From NCBI GenBank assembly GCA_016748015.1, contig JAAOMT010000786.1, positions 64,050 to 128,049 on the forward strand: 64,000 bases of DNA. The letters are read 5' to 3'. The notes beneath the pieces are model-generated. The model had not been told where the DNA came from and ran no database searches. It saw only the letters and a list, made by a program, of their open reading frames with translations. A program made the position numbers and the translations under genes. The first letter of the stretch is position 1. Every line of letters starts with the position of its first letter. Positions 13,340 through 26,339 of the stretch are shown here, in pieces. The DNA comes from Geosiphon pyriformis uo1 (Eukaryota > Fungi > Glomeromycota).

Positions 13340-14499
13340 TTAACCATTAACCTCCTTAAACAAGGTCTTATTGTTTTCAGTTTCTGCTTCAACCAACTTT
13401 CCGTGTGGTATTGGAATAGCACCTGTCGCCCAATCGTATAAATGCCTGCATAATTCGTTGATAGCTAGTCATTAAAAATTCTTGTACAGAGTGATTAACG
13501 GATAAAAGCAAGGTTTTGACACCTACTGGGCTAAATCATTTATCGGTGTATATTTCGAAAAATCGGCATTTGGGGTGGATTCTCGCGCAATAGGAGTATC
13601 AATCGTCTTACTGTGATAGAAACAAAAATTAGAAATTAATAGAATCGGGAAAATATATTTGAACCTGGATTGACTTACGGCAATAAACCGGCCACTTTGA
13701 CATTCTTGGGTAGCCCACTGCCAGGAGCAGCCAAACTGTAAACTAATTGATGAACTCCCGCTTTGGCAACACCATAACCGATGAACGCTGTAAGATAAAT
13801 GAGTTAATAAAGCTATTAAAAACGTAGAGAAGCGAATTGAATCTCACCGGGAGTTGCGCGCAAGCCCGCGACGCCAGTTACCGTTAAAATGCCGCCTCTG
13901 AATTTTTCCACATATTATTACTATTCTTTGTAATTTACCGTAAATTATTCATATGTTTTCCTTTGAACATACTCTTTTAAGTATAACACAGCCAATTGTG
14001 AGGAGATCAGGGATGGCCACACAGATTTCCTTAACATTAAATCAGAATTTTTCAAAAAATCTTTGACACCACAAATATGTTAGTATCAACAAACCAAATT
14101 TTTAGATTTTGAATATTACAGCAATTCAGAAATCAGAGCTTGTTCAACCTTTATGTCCAACGTTCCCCATTGCAAATCCACCCGCCACAGAAATAATAGC
14201 GTCAAATTTTTCATCAAGCTCTAGGATTTCTTTGACAGCTTTCGAGACTTTTTCCCCTTGTTCTTGTAATGAAAGTTCAAGGGGGACTACGACATTATAT
14301 GTTGCCTGAGGGTGGGGGCGCGTACCCACCGAAACTACCTCCTAATAAAAGGTAATCAAGAGATTAAAAGGATAAAAAATATTATGTCAAAATCTAAAAG
14401 GTGGTACTCTATACCCACCCAGCCGTGCTTGAGAAACAACGCTACAACGCCCGTACCTAAAGAGCCAGAGCCACCATATATAATAGTTTTGAGCACCAT
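13340..14499 (-). CDS. QDPR: Dihydropteridine reductase (SDR family, multi-exon)
   Basis: IYGGSGSLG Rossmann motif, ISVAGGFAMGN, IGYGVAKAGVHQLV (YxxxK), IDTPIARESTPNADFSKYTP; all resemble QDPR. Confidence 0.88.
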
Positions 14500-14632
14500 T
14501 TTTGAAGTCGAGCAAAAAGCATATTCGATTATTTATATCTTCTATGACTTCAGATTACACGTGACCAAGTATAGTAGAATTAATTTTGGGAGGTGCAGAT
14601 AATCCCACCAAATAATTTCTCAGGGACATTTA

Positions 14633-15487
14633 ATGAGCGAAGCGAAAATCAAAATTTTGTTCGTTTGCTTAGGTAGGCATAGAAATAATAACAATCTCGT
14701 AGCATATATTTTTGTGCTATTTCTCGAGTTGATCATTTTAATATATCAATAGGTAACATTTGTCGCAGGTATGCCAACAATGCATTCTCCGTTCTCGTTT
14801 CCTTTCGACTAATATCACCTTATTTATCAGCCCTATGGCTGAAGCTGTGTTTGCACACACAGTTCAGCAAAAAGGATTAAAAGACCGCTTTCATATCGAT
14901 AGTGCTGGGACTGCTGGATATCATGTTGGAGAACGTCCTGGTATGTCCAAAATTGAGATGGAAGTTATTCATTTCAAATTGAGGGTATAAGACCTCAATT
15001 TAACATATTCTGTATCCAGATAATAGGTCAATTCAAACCTGCAAAATTCACAATATCCCTGTCGACTCGTATGCAAGACAGGTTGTCATTTTTATCCACC
15101 ATTTGTTCACCATTATATTTCTACTTATCTCTATCATTGGTCATTCATTTAAAGGTGAAAAGGGAGGACTTTCGTGAATTTGATTATATTTTATGTATGG
15201 ACAATTCAAATCTAGCGGATCTTAATGATTTGAAACCAAAAAACTCAAAAGCAATTGGTAAAAGATCTATAGATCACTACTTTTTAGAATTTATATTTTA
15301 ATCATTTCGCTTATAGGAGTATAATTTTCCTTTTTTTTTTAAAGTGAAACTTTTTGGCAATTACGATCCTCAAGGAGACCTCATAATTCGTGATCCGTAC
15401 TATGGTGGAAACGATGGATTTGAGGGAAACTTTCAACAAGTTACTAGATGTTCAGAGGGTTTTTTGCGGACATTGAATTTAGAATAA
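14633..15487 (+). CDS. LTP1: Low-molecular-weight phosphotyrosine phosphatase (multi-exon)
   Basis: Spliced P-loop VCLGNICRSPMAE, IDSAGTAGYHVG, FDYILCMD and DPYYGG. Confidence 0.95.
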
Positions 15488-15740
15488 ATAGTTCTATTCA
15501 TTTAAATGCGTTTGGATCATTATAGTAGATAAAGTTGTCGTTTTAATGTTAGATGATTGTACAATTTGGAAACCCAATTTTTATTTTCGAATACCAACAA
15601 CGAGTCAGTACTTTCTATCCTTTTTTCATCAAAATAGGGTTTAAATGAAAACTTGAAACGCGGGATAAAGGAAGGTAAAGAAGCACCAATTTTTTCATTT
15701 ATATGTTACATTAAATCATTTACAAGTAGTATGTTTTTTT

Positions 15741-16922
15741 TCACTCCGAATTGCTGGCTGCCGGGATCAACTCTTGCATAGAAATAGGAAGTTTGCATAA
15801 CTCGAGGAATAGTAAAAGAGTATAGTGCGCATCGTTCCCTTGAGAAAACAATAAGAATAAATATTAACGTCATAATAACAGTAAGAAATAAATTGCGATT
15901 TACAAGAAGTCTTCCAGGTTACCGGCATTATGTAAACAATAATTTTCAATATGAAGTTGATCCAACAAGCGGCCTAAATTGATTCGTTCATGAGGCCTCC
16001 CCACTCTCGCAGCATTCATTTCGGCAGTATCAAAAAGCTCTAGAGGCTTAATAACTTCCTGTACTTTGACACCCATACTCTCCAGATATTTTATATCCAT
16101 TTTGATATCATGTCCAACAAATACTACATTACCATCATTATCTTCAGTCAAATCTTTAAGAATCTCGGTAGAAATAGTCTTTAGGCTTTCCCAGACAGTT
16201 TTCCCGAAAGTAAAGCGATCTTTCATGTCGGGAACGAACTGTCCATTTTTTAGATGCCTGTATTCTGTCACACAGAAATGTCGATCCATAAATAAATCCG
16301 TCTGCGCGTTGTACATGCTCCATCCAACCTCCAGAATACATGAATGGTCTTTCTCATAACTTTCAATATCAACGGCCACAAATAAGTATTTTTTCTCCTG
16401 ATGCATAGCTTGTGCCCTCTCCAATGATTGTATCAATGTACGAAGTTTCGCGTCAGCACGTACCGTTTTGTTGAATTTTTGAATTTCTTTATTAACTTTA
16501 TTGAAAATGGTTGGCGAGTCGATAAAAGTAACTTCAACGTTGTCATATTTGATATTCTGAACAACGGGTACAGTATCAAATGATTTCAAAAGGTATGATT
16601 CCAACTCCTTTTGGATAATTTTGACGGCTTCCACAGAGACAAGCAAATAGCGCCTGCCGTCAATGGGGCTGGTACCTATTAGCAATAAAATTGATAATTA
16701 TTTAATTAATTAAAAAAATGAATTGTTTTGGGAATTGAACTTTATAGCATGTGACAAGATTAGAAAACAGTCACCGAGGAAAAACTCCGTTCCAGAATGG
16801 CTGTTAAAAAAGTTTCCTGGAGCAAAAAACGCTTCTATTTTCTTTGCAACCACATCATCCCTAACTGCTTTGACCCAAAATTTACTAATATATGAATACT
16901 GTAAATAAATGGTAGCCGACAT
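15741..16922 (-). CDS. Gfd2/YDR514C/QIP-like DEDDh 3'-5' exonuclease (3 exons)
   Basis: Exo motifs FVAVDIESYE..ILEVGWS, VGHDIKMDIKYL, FDT, and spliced LHNAGNDAHYT. Confidence 0.85.
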
Positions 16923-17185
16923 GGTAGGTAACAGCGCTTGTCGCGACTAGAGGAAGAAATTGCGTCGATAATTGTATACTGGTATACGGGTATGAGTGTG
17001 TTTAATGATTTTCTCGTGGGAATATAGATAAGCTCAGTATCGTGATATTAGTTGAGGCTTTTCAAAATTTGAACAGCGGCTAGAACACCCAGAATTATCC
17101 GCTTTACGGAAAAGATGAAGGTAATTTTCTAGTAAATAAATCAATGCATTTGGTCTAAAATTAAGACGCGTTTAATTACTAAACC

Positions 17186-18047
17186 ATGTCGAAAGTTGAA
17201 AATAATTCTGGCACCTCAACTTTACAATATATCCCTTACTCTTCTGAGTTACAGTTACCTGGAATCATGTCTTTAATTGAGAATGATTTATCTGAACCAT
17301 ATTCAATTTACACTTACCGTTATTTTATTAATAATTGGCCAAATTTATGCTTCATGGTATGTTTAAAATTCTCTGTCAGAGTTTTCTAGTATGCACTAAC
17401 TCCTTTGCTAAACTAGCCTTTGCTTTTAAAAAAGGAATCTTATTGATTTCCTTGGATTTTATTGTATTAGTGATTCATTATTGATAAACCTTATATTTAA
17501 ATAGACGATGGATCAAGAACAGTGCATTGGGGTCATTATATGTAAACTGGATCGACATCATGAAGCCCTAAGAGGGTACATTGCTATGCTAGCTGTCAAA
17601 AGAGAGTATCGAAAACGAAAGATCGGTTTGTACAAGAGTTAATTCATAATAAATATCCTTTTTCTTTCTTTTTGTTTGGTTCTTGAATAATCACTATCGA
17701 TTCCCGTGGTTGCGATCAATGAACGTTAGGGACAAAATTAGTAAAAATGGCGATTAACGTGATGAAATACCAAAACGCTGACGAGGTATCATTTGATCAA
17801 GTTTAACTGCTTGAGTAAATGTTTCCTCATGCGTGGTATAAATCTCCTCTGATATTTATCTAAAATATAGATTGTCCTTGAAACTGAAAATACCAATGTT
17901 GGTGCACTCTCTTTATACCAAAACTTGGGTTTTATAAGAGATAAACGATTATATCGATATTATCTTAATGGGGTGGATGCATTCCGTCTAAAATTGTTTT
18001 GTAAAGGCGAAAACCATTTGGTCAAAATTGAACATGATAAACAATGA
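17186..18047 (+). CDS. MAK3: N-alpha-acetyltransferase 30, NatC catalytic subunit (4 exons)
   Basis: [66 protein letters not shown]. Confidence 0.96.
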
Positions 18048-18170
18048 AGACGGAAGAAAGATAACGTTCTTGTTGCCAACCACCTCAACAGTGGCGTGAT
18101 TTTTATATATAATAAATCTAAGCAGGAATTTGCGCATTATTATTGATTAATTAATATCAAATAGAAAACA

Positions 18171-19661
18171 TTATTGTTCTATGAATTGCCATATTCTTAT
18201 GATTCCATCATCTCCCGCACTGGCCAGTAAATTAGCGTTGACACTCGACGGAAACCACTGTACACAATTAATGTCAGCAGCTCCATGAGCTGATGAGATT
18301 GATGCTACCATGGTAAAATTAGGATCAGATGATGAAATTTGTTCAAATATTCGTATAAAATTATCACCACTCCCACTTGCAATTCGCCCATGGATTTTGG
18401 ACCAAGACACAGAATAAATGCATCTTTGGTGATAACCACTTAGAGTGGATATACATTTCCATTTCGGATCAGCCCGAATACTCCCAATACTTTCAGTAAT
18501 AGTTGGAGGATAACGCCGCCAAAATTTCAGAGTCTTATCGTCAGAGGCGGATACTTATGCAAAACGTAGCCCAAGAGCTTTAGTGTAAGAGTTCGGATAC
18601 TTTATGTCAAAGGATGAAATTTGATAAAGCAAAAATGAATTATTTCTCACCTAAGCATTCTCCCGTCTTATCAAAATCAAGACCCCAAACTGTGCTTTCA
18701 TGTCCCTCTAACGTATCAGAACAATACCAATCATCATCATCATCTTTCCATATTTTTATTGTATCATCATAACTTGCCGATGCTAATAACTTTAGATGAG
18801 GGTTAATGGATTGATTTTGAATTTATTTTATTTAGGTCGGCCAAATGCAAAATTTATCATATAATGTGAACAAAAATAGAATATGATCAATTATTATTAC
18901 TTCTTCCGTTGGATGCCAGATGACCATTTTGACATCTTGAATGTGTTCTTGTTGTACACTTATACATTCAAATTCGTTATCAGCCCCCACTAGGTTTTCA
19001 GTGAATTGTTATAAAAGCGATGTTAACACATAGAATTACAAAAAATAATTTCGAATGGGAATACCCTACATTACCTTCCCATATCCAAACACTTTTATCG
19101 CGACCACAAGTAGAAAGTAATAAACCTGTAGAGGACCATGATGCCGCTTTCGTTTCATTTTCATGACCCTCTAACGTGGCTACACATTCATAGTCTTATT
19201 GGTTGTTGCATTTTGTAAATCCAAGAGTATATGTAAATTAGAAATTGTGCCAAAAATCTAAGGTGAATCAAACAGAGTGATTGTTGAAATCCTAAAAATT
19301 ACCTCCACCGTCTGCCTCTCGTTCCCAAATCCCTGTGGTGGCATCAAAGCTAGCTGTCGCTAACTGACGACCATTCGGGCTCCATGCAACACTTCGTATT
19401 GTTCGCTTATGAGCTCCTTCTAAAACATTTATACAAGTCCAATGTCTGGGTTCAGTTGGAGATTGTACCCATAAACGGACTGTTTTGTCGCCACCACAAC
19501 TTGCCAGCATAGTCCCTACGGGCGACCAAGAAACTGACCATACTCTATCGGTGTGTCCTGAATGAATTGAAACTTTATTTTATACACAAACGTGACTAAG
19601 TTAATAAGTTAACTAAAGTAAACTTGCCTTTGAGCTCTGCTAGAAGTTCCAAACGCCCCAT
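18171..19661 (-). CDS. CIA1: Cytosolic iron-sulfur protein assembly WD40 protein (multi-exon)
   Basis: [89 protein letters not shown]. Confidence 0.93.
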
Positions 19662-19863
19662 TATCAATTTTTTAAAAGCTTTCGAGATTATGCAAGTGAA
19701 TCTTCGAACGACGATCAATCCAATCAGTATTTATAGTCCGTACTTTTAAAACATTCATCTCCTACTACCATTTTTAATATCTTTTCTCTCAATACAGCCT
19801 CTTCAGTAAAGCCTTATTTAATTACTAGGTTTTAATTAAGTACAACCCATTTTGGTAGACCAA

Positions 19864-20641
19864 ATGAGTTTGCAACATTTGATTCCTCCTTTGGTATTCG
19901 GAGATTCATCCCAAGTTTTGCGAATTGTGCTCTTTAGCCGACTGTGTTTTGGAAGCCAAAATTACAAATTTTCAATTTTTGATCAAAATTAGAATTATGG
20001 CATGATAGAAGAAGATTTGTACAGATCAGGACAACCTAATGAGCTCAATTTCCCTTTCTTGGAAAAACTTGGCCTCAAAACGGTGGTCTGGTTGGCACCA
20101 GAAGAGCCAAATCAACGTTTGTAAGTTTGAGATTGTTCACCAATATTTTCTATATCTTTGGCGTCGAAGCTTCAAATATCACGGTTTCTATATTGGCTTT
20201 CTCCCTAAAATTACAGCTTGAATTTCATTGACGATCAAGAGATCAAACTTTGCCATCTTGGAGTAATTTCATCGGTAAACGCATGGGATCCGATTACTGA
20301 AGAAGTGGTTTTGGAAGCATTGGAGTTAATTCTTAATCCTAGAAACTATCCAATGATTGTAATGTGTAATTTAGGTCGCCATCGAACAGGTTTAGTTAAA
20401 TGACCGACATTTCACTAAATTGTTTATTTATTAACCTATAATGATTAATACTTTATCTATGTTCGGCAAAGGTACCATTGTTGGATGTCTTCGCAAACTT
20501 CAGAGATGGAATCTCACTTCAATATTCGAAGAATATCGTCGATATGCTGGACCAAAAGTTCGAGTTCTCAATGAGCAATTCATCGAGTTATTTGATACGG
20601 ACCTGGTCAGAGTTCCTGTGAATCCCCCTAAATGGCTTTGA
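19864..20641 (+). CDS. OCA1: OCA1/Siw14-family (PFA-DSP) phosphatase (4 exons)
   Basis: [32 protein letters not shown], active site [33 protein letters not shown]. Family is secure; the exact paralog is less so. Confidence 0.85.
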
Positions 20642-21240
20642 TATATTCGTTTTGGTCGAATGTGTTGCAACGAAATTTGTTTCTCCGGCAATCCCAAAGA
20701 AACAATCCCATTTTTGAACGGAGTAACAAATCTCTGGTTTTATTTAATGTTTTTTAAAGGATTTTTATTTTTAAAGTTTTATAGGTAACGATTCATTATA
20801 ATCAAATAACAAAGGCCACCTTTAAAATAGCTATTGAAAACTTACGACAAAAAAGAACTCGTCAACCTAGAAGAAAATTTCAGAGACAAAAATTTAATGC
20901 TTCTAGCCTTCTACCCCAAATGTTCAAAAATGTAAAATATATGTTAAATATATGTATAAATATTTTATATTTAGGGGATCATTTAGAAAGCACGAGTAGA
21001 AGAGGAAATATAGAATAGGGAATAAAATTTAATACAAATAGCATCAAAGGGACAAGGGGTGCATAAAATGGACATATAAAATCGGAAGGGTACCGAGAAA
21101 ATTGCCTTTTAATACAAAAAAATTTATAAAAGATTGAGAAAAGAAATCTGATCAAAAAATATTATTACTGCAAGAGTCCAATTGAGCCTAACTCGAGCAT
21201 AGATGTCAGAATTTCCGTGCAAGATAAAAGGAATAAATTC

Positions 21241-22841
21241 TTAAGCAACAGTAACATCATTTTTCTCGTCAGTTGGAGCGACCTCGTCATGAAAGGTGGT
21301 GACCTTCTCTTCATCCCCTGATTGAACATGCTGATCACTTAATGCGACTTTGATGACCAATTCTCGTTCTTCAGATTTTACGCCTTTCAACCCTTCAAGG
21401 GCTTTAGTTTGTTCTGCTTCATCCGACAATTCTACGAAACCAAATCCTTTGGAACGACCACCACGACGACGAACAACATGAGCAGATGTTACACTATAGT
21501 CTTTGAATATTTCTTTTAAGCCTTCATCATCAACGGAGAAGGGCAGATTAGCGACAAAAACACTAGTTTTTGATAGGTCACCAGTTTTTGCAGCACCAGC
21601 TGCTTGATTCGAATTGGGATTAGAAGTAGAACGGCGACGAGAAGGAATACGACCACCACGGCCACGACCACGACCACGGCCACGGCCACGACGGAAACCA
21701 CGAGTAACTTTTGATGTGTTGGTGGTGGAGGTATCCTCATTGGTGCCATTGGCGGTTGGGGGTTCAGAGGCATTAACTGCGGTAGAATCAATAGTTTCTG
21801 GAGTGTTTTCAGGACCGTCTTCCCCACGATTAGAGAAGCGACGACGAAATTGCTATAATTGAGAAAAAGTATAGAAAAAATTGGTATATAAGATCGTTTA
21901 TTTTTCCCGATTATTCAATAGAATATTTGATTTGAGAATGGATCAGATATTCGATTAAATATGAAATAATGAGCTTAGCCATAGAAAAATGTGAGAATTA
22001 TATATATACCCAACTACCACGTCCTCTACCACGTCCACGACCCCTACCACGCCCTCTGCCCCTACCACGAAATCCAAACCTTCCACCACGTCCACGACGC
22101 GCGCCAGAGTTTCTCCATTGGGAATCAGTCACACCATTATTACCTGAGGTGTTTTCGTTCTTTGGTTTTGCAACTTCTACATTAATTTGACGACCGCCTA
22201 ATTGTTCTCTATTCAGTTCAGCGACAACCTTGTTGGCGTCTTCCTCGGTCTCGAGAGCAACGAAACCGTAGCCAAGAGAACGAGTACCGCGGGTAATTAT
22301 ATTAGCTTTAACACTAATTTCATATATTCAAAGAAAAAGAATAGTAGGAAAGAATCATCAGTCATTGAATTGGAGGTTAAATATCTAGAAGAAATAGCTT
22401 GTATCATGATGGCATGAAACTTCAATAATCAGGAATTTAAGTTTAATTCATAAGTAGTTTAAGATTATAAAATTTTCCCTAATTCTAATTTGCAAACGGC
22501 CATATTGGCGCAGTTTTTAACAAGTTAGCCTCGAAAATCACTTACACTTTTCCAACGTTTCCAAAAAATTCGGCAAGTTCGGCTTCGGTAGTTGTGAAGG
22601 CTAAGTTACCCACAAAAACTTTGAATCCGGCCTCCTCTTCTACAATACTTTCTGTTTCGGTAATTTCGGCTATGACCGTCTTTTCTTCTACGGCCTCAAC
22701 GGCAGAACTAGTCTCATTCCAGCTATCTGCCTCAACAGCAGAACTAGTCTCATTCCAGCGGGTTTCTACATCAACAGCAGAACTAGTCTCAGTGACAGTC
22801 TCGTTCCGGTGGACATCTACCGCTTCGTTGTTTTCTGACAT
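21241..22841 (-). CDS. RNA-binding protein with two RRMs and RGG boxes (Sbp1-like; 3 exons)
   Basis: RRM1: VFVGNLAF..RSLGYGFV. RGRGRG tracts. RRM2: VFVANLPF..RSKGFGFVE. Confidence 0.88.
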
Positions 22842-24142
22842 GTTCAAACGCTTATGTATGATGCGCGTGTACCAAACAGTTAAAAACTACTCTTTCGTAG
22901 AGGTGTGAGGTCAGATGTGTGATTTAAACACAGTTTCGTTTAGGGTCGTAAAACCTAAAGATCCCTTCACTTTCTAAACGTGCTGGGCTGTGTGGAAGGG
23001 AAATTAAAAAATTAATCTGGACGCCTATATGGACTAGCCGGACTGAAGGCTCCTTCGATACTTTTTGAGTCCACTAAAGGGCTAGGACGGTTGGCAGGTA
23101 TAAAATAGAACGGATGCTTCTTTTGCTTTCAAGTATGCTTGAGCAAAAACTGGGTAGACGGGGGGCCAAGAATTGCCGCCTTAGTTTTACATATTCTTTT
23201 CTGTGAATCCAAAAATTGTGCAACGTCGACAAGGTTGCACACAAATAGAAATATATTTAACTTCGAGACCGAAAATCCCGATTGTGATGGTGGCAATTAT
23301 TAGACATGGTGCCATTTGTGTCTTTGTATTTGAAGTTGTTTCACATAAAATCAATCAATCAATCAATCAATCAGATGATGGAAGCTTGTTCAAAATTTTA
23401 ATTCTAGAAGATTCCAAACATCAAAGACAATTCACTTGTCTTTAACCATTTTCATGCGGAAACCGTTCATGTGAATATGAAGGTGGGCAGGACCCACTTT
23501 CAAAAAGGAATAACATCAACCTTTCACAATATGTGAGCAAACGCTTTTTGTTCATTCAAACCATTTTATTTTAAATTAGATTTAAAAATAGGTTTACTGA
23601 AACCTTTATATTTTATTTTCATGGAGAATAAAGATTTCAAAAATAAAATCGATTTTTTTATATAAGGTAAAAAAGCCAACACTCCCTCCCCTCCACCAAT
23701 CACAGTGTGGTTTGAGAGGAAAAATTCCTTAAACGTTATTAGATGTTATGGAAATAGTAAATCAACGCGAAAATGGGAATATAAACAAAGATTTTTTCCG
23801 AATCATAATTTCATATAGAACAATAAGATCGAGATTTTCCACAGAATTTATCAATAATGATAATTTATATTATTTATCGGCTGCAAATCATATCAGATAT
23901 CGCAATTTAATTTTATGGCTCATAAAATTAAACTTTTTAACATTTAACAATGTAAAAGACAAATATAAATTTATTGTACAAAAATCAATATAATAAATAT
24001 AAAATAATCATTTGAAGACGGTTATGTAGATTTTCAAAGAAGTATCCGCTATATTTAATCAAGAATAATACATATGCAGATTTTATGAATTACTTATTCT
24101 ATAGGGTTGAAAGAGAATGTCCAAAATTTTTTAATTCGAAAT

Positions 24143-25785
24143 TTATGCAGGTGGATAAACTTGACCACCAAAATTTGATGAAGGATATTGCTGAGGAGCA
24201 CCTTGAGCTGGTGGGGGATAAAAATTTTGTGGATAGGATTGTTGTTGCTGTGGGTTTGGGTAAAAATTGCTAGCAGTATTATTTGGCGGATATGCAAATT
24301 GATTATTTGGTGGATAACCAGCATTTGGATAAACATTTTCTGTTAGAGGAGGAGTGGGAACTGGAATTGGGAAAGATAATGGAACCACTCCGTTTGATAT
24401 TGGTGGAGGTGGTGAACTATTGATATATTGAGGTGGAGGAAGAGTCGCAGAAATCGATAAAGGAGAAGATTGTATAGAAGGAGAAGTCACCGGTGGTGGA
24501 TAAGGGGAAATACCATTAGAACCAACACCAGGAATGGGCGAATGATATCCTGTTGATATAGGTGGGTAAGGTGAAGTGGGTTGATGTTGCTGATTAAAAA
24601 AAAAGCAAAAAAAGACCGTTAATTTCTTTTTAAATAAAAAGAATGAAGAGTTCACGGAATATTTTATAACTTACTGGAAGAGGTCTATTTTGAGGTGTAG
24701 GAGAATAATAGAGTGTCCCAGAATTTGGTGAAGTGCTTGAAGGTGGGTAAGCTCCATTATTTGGCGGTGGATAAACGTTGTTTTGAGGCAGATAAACATT
24801 ATTAGGAGGTTGATAAACAGAATTATTTCGAGGTGGATATCCAGAATTATTATGTTGTTGATAGGTGGAAGCTGCCGGTACAGAATGAGGATAAGCAGGA
24901 GAATTGGTTGGATATGATGCAGCAGGCGCACCATTTTGTGGATAATTAATAGGAGGACGATAAGAAGCCGGTGATGATGTAGGCAAATTTTGTTTTATTG
25001 ATGGTGACGTATTAATTGGGGGATGAGGAGTCACTGGTAAAGGCTTTAGTGGATGTCTGAGTTCTTGAGATTTTTCCCCAGGTGGCGCCACACCCTTTAA
25101 AAAGGAGAAATTAAAATAAATTCCAAAAAATATATATATTCTTGACTTACCGCTAAATAAAAAGTCATCTCAAGAAAAATTTCTCCTGCATCCTTATTAC
25201 GAAATTTGAGAAGGAACCAATCTAGGGAAACAAAGAAAATTTTAAATTTAAATGTTCAATATTCAATTTTCTTTTGAGAAAAACAACATATTAATCATAC
25301 CATCCCATTCTCCCTTTTTTAAGACTTCATCCAATTCAACTACCGTCTCACCAATTAAATCATGCTCTCTTTTATCCTCATTATAAACTTGAATCTTCAT
25401 CTTTTTATTACTAGGCTCGTCTAAGAGTTGAAACCTAATTTCCTCATCCCACTCTGGGTGTTGCCCCCCACGTTTATCTGTCCTGGTTCTTTTGGCATTG
25501 CTTCCGATTCGAATTGTAGCAAATGGGTCTGCCTTGCCAATAATCTCTCGGTTTGGCAAATTCCTCTAGGTAAAGCCGTTCAAACAAAAGGGATCTCAAT
25601 TTAGTATTAATTTTTAAGATTAAATGATTTTTGTTTAAAGCAATATTCCATATGAGCTACGCCATTAAGCGATAAAGCACTGCCTAAGATTCTTAATCTT
25701 ATTCTTGGGGAATATAACTTACCGCTTTTAGCACTACAATGACGAGTTGGCCAAGAATTTTAGGACCAGGTTTGGTTGAAGACAT
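24143..25785 (-). CDS. C2-domain, proline-rich cytokinesis protein (Fic1/Inn1-like; 5 exons)
   Basis: LVIVVLKARNLPNR..KADPF..RTRTDKRGGQHPEWDEEIRF..DLIGET, followed by a long Pro/Tyr/Asn/Gln-rich tail with PxxP motifs. Confidence 0.82.
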
Positions 25786-26179
25786 TCCCAATAAACACTA
25801 TATCAGAGTAGCTCACAAATGAACAATTTCTACTGAATCTGACAATATTTTAGGGGAAGTTTAAATAGAATAGAGTTGATCACAAGGGAGTATATCATTG
25901 TCGGTGTTATCCAATAAAGGTTAAACAAGAACTAGACATACAAAAAATTCATGTTTAATTATAAGTTTTTATTTTAGCATTATTTTTTAGCTTTAAAACA
26001 TTTTATTTTTTTTATTTTTTTATTTGTTTTATTAATGTATATAATGGAATTTTTTATTTAATGAGGCAAATATAAACTGTATTTAAATAGCACAGTTGGC
26101 ATAAAAAAAATATATAAACTTTATTATTTTTAATTTCAAATAGTTTAGTATTTCAACATTTTGTAAAAATTTTATTAAA

Positions 26180-26233
26180 TAATTTTTTTTTTATTACGAT
26201 TTAACGAGTGCAGCCCAACCACTACCTAAGTAC
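26180..26233 (-). repeat. Isolated retroposon 3' tip plus poly(A) (extreme 5' truncation)
   Basis: TTAACGAGTGCAGCCCAACCACTACCTAAGTAC next to a T-run; matches the tail of the element near 28990. Confidence 0.6.
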
Positions 26234-26339
26234 ATAAGATCATTAAATATTAATTGCAAAAAATAAGTTAATTATAATAAATTTATTTAAATAAATTATA
26301 AATTATAAAAATAAAATTTTTATTTGTGTTATTATTAAC

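Noticed and set aside
10734-19661. Functional Fe-S gene cluster (ILV3 plus CIA1)
   Set aside because: Ilv3 is matured by the mitochondrial ISC system and Cia1 is cytosolic; the intervening genes are unrelated.
21614-22190. Plus-strand PRPRPR ORFs
   Set aside because: Antisense reading of the RGG-coding exons.
22311-22541. Intronic box C/D snoRNA in the long first intron of the RRM gene
   Set aside because: No properly ordered C and D boxes with a terminal stem.
23350-23372. (ATCA)n microsatellite
   Set aside because: Short, ordinary simple repeat.
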